A DNA stretch of 64,000 bases from positions 62,001 through 126,000 of the forward strand of contig NMRA01000494.1 in NCBI GenBank assembly GCA_002633005.1. The letters are read 5' to 3'. This document shows, piece by piece, positions 38,323 to 52,000 of this stretch. This DNA is from Phoronis australis. Lineage: Eukaryota > Animalia > Phoronida. The notes under the pieces were generated by a model. That model was not told the origin of the DNA. It was given only the letters and a program-made list of their open reading frames with translations, and did no database searches. A program made the translations under genes and the position numbers. Every line of letters begins with the position of its first letter. The first letter of the stretch is position 1.

Positions 38323-41300
38323 CGGTAAAGTCGCGTGATTTTCGGACACTTAAAATTAATTCCAATAGAAAAAATTCATTCTTGGACGAATCTCGCGAAA
38401 CATCATTTCTGTGGAGTCCGAATTTGGCGGACCTCCAAATTTGGGTTTCCGCTAGTGTCTGAATTTCGTGGGTGTACATTATTTCGATGAGCGGTCGTAG
38501 TATCAACATTGCTGGCTCGGTCATTTGACAGCAGTACAATTGCAGGTAAATGAGACTCGATCAAATGGTCTGAGTGATTAATTTTTGAAAATCTGGCTTT
38601 CCGAATAAGAAATATGCGCCGTCGACGCACAAAGACCGTTCCCAACAAGTGTTGGTTCTTCTTTTCAGAGATACGCTTTCTCAATATGAAATATTCGGCT
38701 TGCATTGCCGATGCTCAAAAACCGTTCTGGGCAAGTGACGGAATCTTTTCAAAACGGCGCTATCTCACGTGAAATATCGAGCTGCGTTGTGACTAGTCTT
38801 CCTGGTGACAAATATGGGCTTTTCAATGAGTGGGTTTGGTTTGCATTGTTGACGCACATAAAACGTTACAGAAAACCGATTCTCTTTTGTAAAAATGCGT
38901 TTTCTCAATGAAAAAATGTCGAGTTTGCGCTGTCAACGCATGGTTTCCCAATAAAAAGCTGGATTTGCGTATTCGGCGCACAAAGAGGCTTCCCGACCAT
39001 CAAAACGTGCGCTTTCTGAATTTTAACGAATTTTGCATTAAACGTAACAGTAATGGATGTGGTAACGAGTTCAATGAAAAAGTGACGACCAATGACAAGA
39101 ACATAGCATATATTTATGTTTATTAAACGTATCCATGCATTGTCTGCTGGTTACAAACCGAAACGCAAGTTAACTCTGACACGTTTATTTCCACATTAAC
39201 TGAAAGCTCAGTTTCCACATGAAAATTTCAATTGAACAATTACCCAAAATGGATTACAAAAACAATCATGATAATAAAACGAGTAGTTTCTCATCGACAC
39301 GTGATCCCCATTTGTCGTCCTGGTAGTCGTCTGAATTGTTGAAGAAGCGCTGTCGTTCTACATGTTTAGGCCTATTGCAAACGATGGGAATGCGTACAGT
39401 GCTGCGCGGCTGAAGACACGATTAACTAACATATTGTATATATATAAGGGCGTTGTCTAGAAAGCAAACGCAATTTCAAATGCTACCAACATCAAATTCA
39501 CCCAACCGTTTTTTTTTTTTAAATTAAAACCTTTCTCATCCACAGCCTTTGAAACGACCGATGTTAACTCAGTGATACACTGGCGCGTCTTCATGCATCT
39601 GAGGTGAACTAACACACCTGGGTTCGCTTACGTTTTTAACCACAGTGAAAACTCTGACTTGTGAAATCTGTTTGTGGATGAAATGAAACTGATAATCGTT
39701 AACATTTTCTGATAATCTGCGTGGAAGAAAACAGGGCCGTTTCTTCTGGTCGTCACCAGTTTAGCGCCGTCCACGGTCGTCACCAATTTCGAGCAGCTCA
39801 GTCTCCCTCAGTCACTACTAATTTACGCCGCCTACCCCCTCCCCTCGGCCTCCTGCTGCACACCAATGTCGATTTTGTGCCACTAATTCTAAGGAAGCCT
39901 GCTAGGTGCAACCCCCTGCCAAGACCGTTGTTGCGCACGTTGATACAATACTCAATAGGCTACTGGGCAGTTCACGACTGTTAGAAGAATCGATTAGTGA
40001 CGACCTGAAAAGAAAAACGAAAGCACTCAATTTGGGACAGGTGAACTCATGAAGGACGTAAACCAGGCAATTCAAGAAACGGTCTACTATTTATATACTT
40101 CATTTTATTTCTTAATATATATTTAACCAATTACAATTCATCTATGTCGACCGTTTTCATTTCATTGCGTCATATATTTGCTACAGTTAAGGAAAATAGC
40201 TCTTGTCTGCTGATGGACACTACACACTTCTGCTAACATTTAAAGTATGAACAGTCGCGAGTTTACTGAAGTCTCCTGTTAAGTACAGAAATGTTGTTGA
40301 AGAATAACAGTGACTATCTGAAGACAGGAATACATAACAAAATAAATATGGAAACACAAAACAAAAATCAAAACAACACTTACCTGTTGCAATAACGCCT
40401 TAAATGCGAACGTACTGACCGACTTGCATGAACGGAATGTTAGTTGAACATGTTAGTAGAACAGAACTGTCTCAATGAAATGTTCATGATTTACAGGTTT
40501 AAGAAGATCCACCGTATATTTCTGTATATAAATCCAGCAAAATATATGACAAATTTGCGTATCTTAAATTTTTCCCTAAAATATACCTGGGATGCATATC
40601 TGAGAATAAAAATGTATGCTTGAAAACTAAAAATAACGCTATTCCCACTAGGATATAATTAGGGTGAGCTACAGTATTTATACTGTGTTCATGTATTCGG
40701 CATAGTTGAGTATAGGCCTTGGTGTATTTTTACATAAGACGTTTGGTTTCCCCAACTTATATACGGAAATCGCTGGTAATACTTCCCAAAATTATTTACC
40801 CTTGCTACAAGTAAGGCATCACCTCGGGTAAAAATAGAACAATAATAAGCAATGTAACAGTCAACACAATTAAACACACTTACAGCTGAAATGCCTCTAA
40901 AACTATATTAAGTAATACAAAAAGCATGGTCTGTAGATTAAGATCACGTTTCTTTTTTGTCTCAAAACTATCAACTGAAGGCGGTAACATGGACAAGAAG
41001 ACAAGGTCCTGTGGAAAGTAGTTATGGAACTCCGGGTCGGAAACACCTATCAGGTTCCAAGCCCGTTGCATCGGAGTCCAGGTCCTGTATTCTTGTTAGC
41101 CTACCCCTAGGACCACAAAAAGCAACGACTACCAAATCGGATTCAACTGACTTGCCATTTTTCGAAATGATTGGTGGAGTGTTTTCTTAGTCGACGCAAA
41201 CAGAGAGTGCCACAGGGTCCCGGTGTCCTTGTCGGGATTCATCTTGATCTCAGGACACTATGGAGTTCAGGGTGTTGTACCTCTTACGGTACAGGGTATG

Positions 41301-42609
41301 AATTAACAAGACCACAAGTACACAGACCAGTGAATGAGCAAGCACAATTGGGTCGGCACAAGTTAAATCTTTTTTAGGTTTACATCTGGGATAAAGCTCG
41401 TAACGCGCTAAAAAGCAAGAATTCTTGAAATTACGTGATGTATTGTGTTTTTTTAATTGAAAGCTTGATTTTGGCTAGATTTTTGTATTTCCCAAGACAA
41501 CTACTGAACTCTACCCTAGTCTGCGACCAGGGGCGAAAGGGTGAGAATCTCACGAACACGCTAGACTGAAGGCGTCGAGACCTATGGTGAGGCATTGCAA
41601 ACGAAGCACACGATCACACTATCTTCTTTAGCGAGCTTCTTGCATCTGCGATGCTTATCAAAGTGCAACAGACAATTTGTAAGGGTAGTGAAAGGTGGTT
41701 ACGTGAATGTACATTAGCTTTTGATATGTGTTATAGCACACCGGCACTTACACAACTTAGGACAGGGATGCAATGTCTCTGCCCGTTTCTTAGTGCTGGG
41801 CCTTGCACCATGTTTCATTTTTAACCAGCTTCACTTTGGCTCCGTCTCATTCGGCTGCTGCTGTTCACTATCTACACTACTTTGAACGCGCAATATCCTA
41901 CGGACAGACTTAGCTGTGGCCTATTGTGTATGGGGGCCTAAACAAAAAATATTTCTCATCACGTCAAGAATAAAATCCAGACACGTCGTCGGGAGATTTT
42001 AGCCACTAACAAGGGTATTTGCAAAGGCCAGGACGTTTTAAAAATAAAAACGTTTCGTAAACACGCAAGTTGATGTCAGGCGTGCAAGTTCAATGTCACA
42101 GTCGGAAGTCGAACAACACGGTCTAATTTAACCAGAGCACATCTTACGCTACAACGGAAAAACTGCAGCCTTCGGTGTATTTCCATTTGTATCTTCATCA
42201 GAAATTTTCGTCATGCGGGACTCGGTGACTCTTTTCATAGCTAAAGCGCCAAACACAAGCTAAACGCAAGACAATCGAGTAACGGTCATGACATCGTCAA
42301 GACAAGGTCAAAATTACAAAGCCCGTTACACCAATTCTCAGATTCAAGCCTTATAGAGTAGTAATCTTCCGTTGAACGCTTTAGTGACACGGGAGTTGCG
42401 TTGATCCCAAATTAGCGTTTCTAAAATTTCCCTTGTCCGAAAGCCGCGGACAAAAATCCGACGTTTATGACATTGTCCGAAATTCCAAGATCATTGAAAA
42501 ACAGTTTTTGGACCTTGTACGAATTTCGTGGACTATGAAAAACTCATTTCGAAAATACTTATTCTTGGTCGAAAATGGCGGGCCGTCCGAAAATCACGCG
42601 ACTTTGCCG
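38323..42609. mobile_element. Non-autonomous TA-targeting (Tc1/mariner-pogo-like) TIR element, ~4.3 kb
   Basis: TA|cggtaaagtcgcgtgattttcggac at 38323 and gtccgaaaatcacgcgactttgccg|TA ending 42609 form a 25-bp TIR (24/25 match) with a TA target duplication. Repeated gtccgaaa subterminal motifs at 42436, 42475, 42585; no transposase ORF inside. Confidence 0.75.
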
Positions 42610-44107
42610 TAGCGCATCTCATTTTGCCCAAAAACTCAGGCTGGACATTTTCCATGAAGTGTGTTGTGTGCACATATGGAGTTGATCAGAAAAAAAGCAA
42701 CCTGCAGCGTGTGTATGACAGAACGACAAAAGGGTAGCAAGGAATCTGATCAGTAAAGTTCGAGCAACTTGAGAATGGTAAGTGCGAGCGTCAGAAACAG
42801 ATGGTCCAACATGAGATCCACCCACATTCGAAATTTCAGTAAAACCCTTCCAGAAACAATGGAGCTGTAGCACCACAAAGGAAAATCGATAAATGACCAC
42901 CACAGCGCCATCTGGTGTTCAATTTACAAAAAACGATATGCCTCAAGCTAGTAATGAAACAAATATTGTGAATTTCATGTACAATGGATACAAAAGCGTG
43001 GATTATAGTGTGCAAACGAAACAAAACAAGTTATGAAAGCGCTCAGGCAGAATGAAATTTGGCAAAGTCAACTGAAGCTCAGTCAGGAGTATGAGTCAGC
43101 AAAATGAATGATGATGCAGAACTTGATGTCTTAAGACCACGGCATCGCTGTTACCACTGTTAAGTACATGGACAATGCCGCCAGCAACACCAGCAGCATC
43201 GCACAGATGATGATGCCACCTCCAATAGTGATGACAGCTCTGATTATCGATGAAGATCTTAAAGGAGAATGCCAATAATTTCATTTGCAATCACCATTTG
43301 TCTTACTGAAGTTCACTTGGGGGTACATACACTACATTTTCTTAGCCTTGTTGGCCCTTTTTCAACACAGCAGAACTCGCTCAATATCCAAACTTTTGGT
43401 TTGTTAGGTATTGAATAATTTGCTGTGTTGCCTAGGTTAACATACTCTGCAGGTCTTTTTATTACAGAGTGTGAACTTTAGTTTTTAATATTCTTTACAA
43501 TAGATGAGCTTTAGAAACACAAATTTCGTAACGTGATTCTGAAAGTGATTGAGTTATTCCTAGTCATGTCAAAACAGTTGCTTACTTAATAAAATAAATT
43601 TCTTTTCTACTGTTGAGAGTTGAAAATTGGATTTTTTAAAATGGCCACTCATAACGCTAAAAATGCATGAAATTCATAAACAGAAACATGCACAAGTTTT
43701 TCAAACACTGTCCAATTTTGACGACTCTTGATTGTGATTTACCTGTCTGCTTTATAAATAGCAGCCATCCTTTAGCATGTGTTGTGACTGGACTCTGAAA
43801 GGGATTATGTACCCACAGTTAGTCAACAGCTGCGCTGGTTCACCCTGAAATGTGTTTTGACACAGGATCATGTATATTGCTGCATTGTAACCATTGCGGT
43901 TTCTGTAGAACAAGCCAAATGCATTCAAACAAAATGATATGGAATTTCCATTGTTGTACTCTGTTATCACAGTCTGTGTCTAAATAGTTAGGTCAGTAAA
44001 AGAATTCTGTATCTGGGATGATCTGAAATAATACAGGTTTGGGTTGTTTTGGCTCTCTTTTGTGCTGCAGTTAACTGTGGATAACTTCCAATGGGAAAAG
44101 GTTCCTT

Positions 44108-45266
44108 TTATGTCATAACGCTAAACCCTCGTAAGAGACCGCCCCGAGTTGGCTGCTGGAGCAACTCGGGGCGGTCTGGGATCAAGCGGAAAAACCACAG
44201 GGTAGATCTGTGGTCGACGAATCTATTCGGTCGATTACATTTTATTGCCCGTGAAGCCGCTAAGGGCTGCCTGAAGAAATATGACTCGCGTGTTTGTATT
44301 TTCTCCTTTTTCAATGACATGTAAAAGATTCATCAACAAATTCCTCGTAAAATTCTGAAAACAAGCGTTTTTCTCCCACGAAAATCGATGAAGTTTTGGC
44401 CGAGATATTTCACTTTCAGTCCAGGCTAGCAGAAGAAATACCTGAACAAATTGACATATAAAGTCATTGTCTTCTGGAAGGTGGCTTTGAAACACCTTCA
44501 TCTGTTCGTAGACGATGGAATGCCGTCATCAATCTGTCAAAGTCCTGTGATGACGAAGTGCCAGACAATGAGTTTCTCAAGATATTTGAAAATTTGTTAC
44601 ATATGAAACTGCAGTCAACTCCTGACTCTTTAAAAACTTCCGCTAACGCCACAACCTTTTTCCAGTGACTAGATGCTGCAGAATTTCTGAATGGGCAAAA
44701 AATGATTCGGGTTAGTGTGCTGGGTAAAGTGTCGATTGCGAATGAAAGAATGTGATTTCTTGGTTGATCGCCCGAATGCTCCGGCGTTGTATTTTCCTTT
44801 TCAAGGTGTACCATGTTCTTGTGAGCTGAAAAAGTGCAGTCGGAAGTTAGAAACTAAAGACGAATCTTCAGAAAATATGAGTAGCCAACTTAACAATTTG
44901 AATGCCAGGCTAGAGGCAATTTTATTACTTTCGTAATCAATATCAACACATTACATGTACTTAACAAACAAAATCCATTGTTGAATGGTTACTCACCTTT
45001 CAAGTCTGGTCTTTCATGTTTTTTCACGACGTGTCCGCGAAAACCACTAACAGAACAGTAAGTTTTTGGACACAGGGACACTGAAAGCTGGGGCTCGAAG
45101 TTTTCTCAACAGCAGTCTTAGGTGGTGGCTCGCTGTCGTCTACTCCGCATTCTCCCTCTGATGCTGAACTTGAACATGTATCGAAATTATCATCCTCGGT
45201 GTAGTCACCTAATAACTGATCTAAATCTATATCACCCCATTTGATGAACTCTTCACTTCTCTGCAT
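44108..45266 (-). pseudogene. Decayed spliced gene with an acidic N-terminus and one C2H2 zinc finger (probably a transposon accessory gene)
   Basis: Exon 44997-45266 encodes acidic DIDLDQLLGDYTEDDNFD..., then after a 1-nt frameshift FQCP.CPKTYCSVSGFRGHVVKKHERPDLK and a GTGAGT donor. It splices in phase to the acceptor at 44826 (AHKNMVHLEKE..., ORF 44464-44814); further frameshifted pieces continue to ~44108. Confidence 0.55.
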
Positions 45267-46019
45267 TTTGACATGAAAGTAAGCGTAATTCTTGAAAGAT
45301 ACAATTTTTGAAACACGCTGAACAAGTCATACAAGAAGCGCCAACCTATTAGAAAACACGACCCTGGAATCACGAGCACCGTATTTATATCAGAGGTTGT
45401 GTTTCTGTGCTCACACATGTTAACCACTTAAAAACAAAATTATAACTACATGTCGTCTCACGACAAAATAGTCAAACGAGCACCCTTGTGGCGAAACATC
45501 ATGGTATATTTGACTCAACAAAGAGTGCTACTAGTTATATNTCAAAGAAACCAGTAATGGAATATTATTGTATGAAGCTAAGAGTGGGGAAACAGCCTAC
45601 AGAATACGTACCGTGAATTCTACAGCTGAACTGAGGACTTTTGTTGAACAAAACTTGACTGCTTATTCTTGGTCTGATGTGGAACGCATTTTCAGTAACC
45701 AACTAAAATTTATTAAATCACGGCTTTGACTCATTTAGTCAGTTGTAGGATTTCTATAGACTATGTATTCACAAATATGACAAAATTGTTGTATTACAAT
45801 TTGGTAGTGCCAGGGCCTTTTATGTGTTTATGGTGATTGTAATCAACTTTTTGACAAGAAGTTAGAATAAATAAATAAAATTTGAGCAGTTCCTTTTTAC
45901 AAAATTTTATCGCATGTGTGCACACACACATATTTTTATTTATACTCAAAGCCTGTGGCTAGTTGATGTGAAGCAAGAGTTGAGTTTAGATTTTTACAGT
46001 AATTTTAGGGACTGAATGA

Positions 46020-46022
<3 letters not shown>

Positions 46023-46051
<29 letters not shown>
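46023..46051. repeat. (TA)n microsatellite
   Basis: About 14 TA units. Confidence 0.95.
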
Positions 46052-46056
<5 letters not shown>

Positions 46057-47255
46057 TATCCTGCTATACATAGTGAATGGTAAATGTAACTATACAAGTG
46101 GAGAATGTATTGAGAGCTGGGATATTTACATGAAGTTTACAAAGACTAACTTACAGTAGAGTGTCTGGGTTTAGTTCTCTAATATTACTCTTAGGAAGAT
46201 TTATGAAGCTATCTAATCTTTCCAGTGGTATCATTTAGAAGTCCCATAACTTAGGCGAGTTACTTAAAATTATTAAGTCGGTATGTGGTAGTATTTACTG
46301 ATGGTGCATTAAGGTGATCGGTTTAAAGCTAATTTGTTACGTATGGCACATTATACAACAGTTCACTATCAGATTTCGGTCGGGGTTGTAGACGTACGTG
46401 TGGGATATATAATGTAAAGTTACTAATTTGTTACGTTTAATCTGACGTATAGCCAGTATCATCGACGTTGTAGCTTTCCTCATTCTCCGGGCCTGATCGC
46501 GATTTCATAATTGAACTTTCAGTTAACAGACTGTGTCAGTAGTTATAATGGCGTGTGGCTGAGTTGTGTTTGAGAGGCATACAATATGTAGTGGTTAATA
46601 AAATACTTATTATATCTCACTTCTTTGGCACATGGCACCTATTGTACTTTGGACAAAGTGCAGTAGTTTGTTTTCCAGATAGATGATTTTGAAAGTGTTT
46701 TTCGTAAACGGCATCCCCGTCACAGTTTACTTATTAGTTTCATCTCCTGTAATGTTTCTGCCTTGTAAAAGTTTAACACAGATCAATGGCGAGAAGAAAA
46801 AGAGACGTGGTGTAAATTAAAAAAAATCTACTCTTGTACCACGGACTATCTAGTGCAATAGGCGAATCGCACAATTTTTATTTTCAATTTTGATATTTTC
46901 TTTTTCTTTAAATCGCGACACTACAATAAATAGGGAGGCGTGAGTGTAGAGTTTGAGCGAACTGATGAAATAATTTTTTAAAGACGATCGGATCTTAAGT
47001 CGTTGTCCTTCACTTCGTGTACTAACAAATCTGGGTCACTAAAAGTGCTAAATAGGCAAGTCATCATGAATACCAACAATTGCAACAAAGAAACTAGGCC
47101 ATGGATCTTATCAACAGCAACAACAAAAGCAATATTGATCAACTGACCCTCAACTGACCTTGCGCCGAAAACGCGACCTCTTACAGATCCTCCGTACGAA
47201 CAAGGTCACAACAGTCACTTAAAATACGTCAACTAGTTTGCTGCTACTTCTGTTC

Positions 47256-48833
47256 TCAGGCGTTTTTGCCCACAATAGCTGAACGATAATTTGTGAGCAT
47301 GAACACAACGTACACTATAGCACTGCCCATGTACAGCGTGTTTGCAGGTAATTTCTTTCGAAGAATCTGATATGTCTTAGCATATCCTATAACCCGTTCA
47401 AAATGAATACGTTTTGATGCGATTCTTCGATCCTTTATGACAGTCTTAGCGTCAAGCTGATTCCTTCCCTTCATAGTGGTGGGCACATTTACTTTAACGT
47501 CAAGGGTAGCAAAGAGGTCTTGCACTAAAAGCCCTCTATCGGCTAATATAGAGTCTCCAGTGTTGAAGCGTCACCTGTCGGAAAGGAGAGTACTCCTTTC
47601 AATAATCTGGCTGTCGCTGACAGAGCCACCATAGCTTGAGCTGACATAAGTCACAATTCCACGTGGACCTACACCCACCATTGTCTTCAGCGTATTGGAA
47701 TTTTTGTATGATGACCACGTGCTTCGCTGTGAGTTACAATTGGACAACTTTTGAATTGGAATTTCAGTGGCATCTAGAATAATTCGTGTTGACGGAAACA
47801 AGTGTTTAAAATGTGTGGGAAAGTATTCATCCACGATTTCACGACTGGGCCACAGTTCTAATTCCTTCAATTCAAAGTACATAAATGCCACCCATGTCTT
47901 AAATATCTGTGACACAGAGCCTTTGCCAATGCCAAAGTCAATCGCCAACTGAATGTCTTCTTTGGCACATCGCAGCTTGATAAGAGTAAAAAAAAGTTCA
48001 TCTTGTGGACCCAGGGTCGAACTTTTATAAGCAAGACAGTCCACAGAAGGACCCAGTATCGTATTTAACATTAAAAAATGACCGTATGAATTGAAACCTG
48101 TCAGGTACTGAAATGCTTCGTCATCTCTTTCAAATCGCTTCACTCGGTAGCACGCATCTGTTGTTAGAAGCTCACACTGCACAGAGAGGTCACATGAGTT
48201 GGAGTTTTTCACTGTACATTCTTCCTGCTCGTCACCAACTTCTACGCAGGCACCGAGAGCAACGTCACCCAAGTCTGGTGTTTCCTGGAAAAGCAAATAA
48301 CAACATTGATTGACATTAAGTCAAATTTAAGATTATGAACATCTTGCAAAACTACAGCATTCTTTATGAACCTCATCATATAACATCACTTACAATTTAT
48401 CAGAGCATTTATCACATGCGGCGCACCATAGGGCATTTTTTCAGTGCTATGCTGCACATGGTCTAAAGGCGGTGCGCCATAGGGGGCCTGAGGGGGCTTT
48501 TTTCAGTGGTGTGCCACCCATGAATCAGTACTGTTTAAAGATGGAACACCTGTGAAACAGACAAATTTAGTGGGGGAAGGTAACACCTCGTCCTCAAAAA
48601 GGGGGCCCCTGAGCCCCTTTCATGAATTTATTAACCTGCCCCAGTCAGAAGGCATAAGCTTCTTAATTTTACAGTAAGTATACTTAACAAAATTAGAATC
48701 AAAACAAACAAGGTACATACCACTTTCTGGCGTTTCTGGAGGCGTTCTCGTCTAGCAGACGCTGCAGCTGACACCTGCTTGCCAAATGGGAACAGGGAGG
48801 GGACAACACCTGGCTTTAGACGTCGTCTCTTTC
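47256..48833 (-). mobile_element. THAP-domain + HTH + DDE_Tnp_4 transposase (ISL2EU/IS5-like), one premature stop, 5' THAP exon missing
   Basis: Exon 48721-48833 has the THAP C-terminal motif RRRLKPGVVPSLFPF and splices in phase to exon 47256-48284: YLTGF, DELFFTLIKLR..LAIDFGIGKGSVSQIF (HTH), RIILDATEIPIQK, WSSYKNSNTLK, YGGSVSD, GDSILADRG, RRIASKRIHFERVIG. A single in-frame TGA lies at 47571-47573. Confidence 0.88.
48415..48522. mobile_element. MITE copy B (family of 20724-20871) inside the THAP-transposase intron
   Basis: Reverse complement reads catgggtggcacaccactgaaaaaagccccctcaggccccctatggcgcaccgcctttagaccatgt...agcactgaaaaaa, colinear with 20724-20871. Confidence 0.65.
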
Positions 48834-49014
48834 CTAAACCCAAGAGAACCACATAAATGTTTTTGCTGGCAGCAGTTCAATAAATATTGTCTTGTATGAA
48901 TCACTCAGTAGGTAAAAATAATACAGTGGCTGCATTAAAACATATGGTCAGGACCACAGCACGAGTCAGTAACTTATTGCCTGATTTGCAATACGCCCAG
49001 CTTGACAGGCTCTG

Positions 49015-52000
49015 GGCCCGGTGCCTAATGTCAGACTCGAGCTCGAACTCGGACTCGAAATCTCATTTTCAACTCGACTGGAGTCTAAACTCGAAATAGG
49101 CGTGCCTAATGTCAGACTCGAAAATTTTTTGCTAAGCTAGCGTACTTGAAATCGCACTCGAAAATAAAAAATGGCAGACGTTAGACATTATTTAAGAAAT
49201 AGAGGCAGAGAAAGGGCAGCTGCGATACGAAGACCACTTCCAGACCGACAAAACCCGTTGGAGAGCCTGAGTAGCGAGGAAGTATTCCGTAGGTACCGCT
49301 TCGTACCCAACACTATAGTCTTCATATTAAATCTAATCAATATAAACCAATACCACAGCAACACATCGTTACCGCCTCTTTACAAACTCCTCCTGACCCT
49401 CCGCTTCCTCGCCTCAGGCTCTCATTACACCCTCATCGGGGAATCTCTAATGTATGGAAAATCGACAGTGGGACGAGCAATCCGTCAAGTTTGCTGTGCT
49501 CTGATAAAGACCGCCGGCCACTTTGTGGCATTTCCAACGGGAGATAGTGCAAGAATAACCAAGTGCCGGTTTTCTGAGTTGTCAGGTAAATATGGATCAT
49601 TTCTTAATTGTTATTTACTGAGAGTGAGAGCGGGATTTTCGGCCACACGTTAAACACGAACGCTAACGCTTGAGGGCGTCGTTGTTTGTTTATAAGTTGA
49701 CCTACATTTCCGCGCTCAGCCTTTGTAAATTTGCCGGACAACGTGGGCGGAGATGGCTTCGTCATCGTGAGTTTTGTTGTCAATTTATCGTGAAAGTTCG
49801 TTAAATGTGACCCCTTTAACAGTTTTAGAAAGTTAAGTCAACCATAAGACAAATGTCACTTAGTGCATTTGCCTTATTCGGATCAATGTTTGAAACATGA
49901 CCTCTGTTCTGATCCACAAGGCACTAGTGACTATCATGTGTCTCGTCGACTTGCAATGTTGCTGATAGATTCATTTCCCAGCCACAACAGGCGGTAATAA
50001 TCATGGGTGGCACAGAAAAAGGCAGTGTTTAATGAAAAGAACAGAGAGAGATACTTTGATACGAAATACCCACAACAAACAGGAGCCACAGTTTCTTTTT
50101 GAGGCTCGTCAATGTCATTTTTGGTGTCAGAAAAGACAACTTAGGACTTCAATTTTTAGATAGCTTTTGCGGGGCAATGTCACTTCCATTGCTGCTCGGA
50201 TCCCTCTGTTTCCGGCAAGTCTCTCAGCAGTCTTGTAGTGGTAAAATTAGAGGTAAGTAGGCGCCCAAAGCCCACCGTATGACCTCGAGCACTGAACGTA
50301 ACTTACGGTGCGTAGGCGCTATGGTTGGGTGCACCTACGTGCGCCTACGCCCCACTACAACACTGTCTCTCAGTCTTCTAGCTGGCACCCAGTAGCTGAC
50401 GGTCGCTGCTGACAAAATTCAACGCCCAGTATATTGCTACTTTGCTGAGACACTTTTAACATATCGGAATTCTGAGAAAGTGGCACTGAGAGGTAGCCAA
50501 AAAGTACAATAAGTGACACTATGTTTTTTTAAAACAATCAATCAATTTTGCATTTTGATCATTGAATTGCCCCAGGTGGGACCTATTATTCGTGTTGTAC
50601 CTGTAGCAGAAGCTCTCTAGTAATGGTTATGATGTAGCATTTTTTAATCATAAAATACAGTTTATTTTAAAAAATGTTTGCTTGGTTTGTGTTCCATACA
50701 GTCCTATTAACCCGAGATCATTTCACCTTTACTGATTTTGATGTAACACTAGGGATACATACATTCATTGTTGATGTCATTTTTTAATTCGATTTTATCA
50801 CAGGTTTCCCGAATGTGTTAGGTGCAATAGACTCTACCCACATCAGAATTCAGAAACCGGCAGAGGGAAATTCACATGTCTTTGTGAACCAAAAGATGTT
50901 CCATAGTGTTAATGTCCAGGTAAATCCAATGTGCTAAAATTTGTAGAACCACTTTTCCACTCTGTTTTGCTGCAGTCTCTATTTTCCCTTTATATATATA
51001 CACTTAATGTTTAAATTAAGTTCATCATGTCACGACAAGTTATTGTTTGAACACTTTTACATACAATTAATAGAACCAAGAGAATCGTTTACATCTATGG
51101 TAGGCCTACTTGCATTTAGCTTAGATCTCTCTCAGATGCTATCATTAATTTATGAATATAACGAAATTCAAAGTAGTACATACTTTTGGCATAAGAAAAT
51201 TATAACTTTACTAGCCAAGAAAACTGTCATAAAATATAAAATAGATCTTTAATTGGGGAAAGTCCACTGCTGTGTTATGAAATTGAATAAATGAATAGAT
51301 TATTCATATAAAGCAGAGCCAATCGGGCAGGTGTGGTGGCCACTGCAACAATATTTTTGGTATGACAAGTGTGTTTTGAGTCTTTTATAACGCACCGAAT
51401 GACGTGAGAATTCTAATTTCCTTCAAATGTATAACTTATGCCTGTGAATATTAACTAGAAATTGGTGTAAAAGCCTTTTGAGTTTAAGAATTGTTGAAAT
51501 TTTAATCAAATATTCCAACTTCACATGATGTTGTGAATGACGGATGTACATACAGGCGGGTCAGCGGCGTCAAATCCCTCATCGAAAAGTGCGAGGAAAT
51601 GAATTGGTTGAGTACCTTTTATTAGTGTGAGCGTTAGAAAAGCTAGGCTCAGGATTTTGAACCATTCTTGACGGAAGGTGTTAAAAATTCTTCAGAAACG
51701 TAACATGGGTCACTTTTGAGGTGGAACTTCAATGGAAGAAAATCTCAACAGCACCAGATAATATCACCGAAAGAGTAAGCGCCCTCTGCAAAACCGTATG
51801 TTCACCAAACTAAACAACAAAATGTATTTAATGAACAAATTTTTTGCTTTGTAGATGTGCTGTGATGCAAAATTTCGAATAACAAATTGTGTTGCCAAGT
51901 GGCCTGGCAGTGTGCACGACAGCAGGATTTTTCGGAACTCGATGCTATGTCTACAATTTGAACAAGGTATGCCTTATCAGTGTTGTATTTACAGGTGCTA

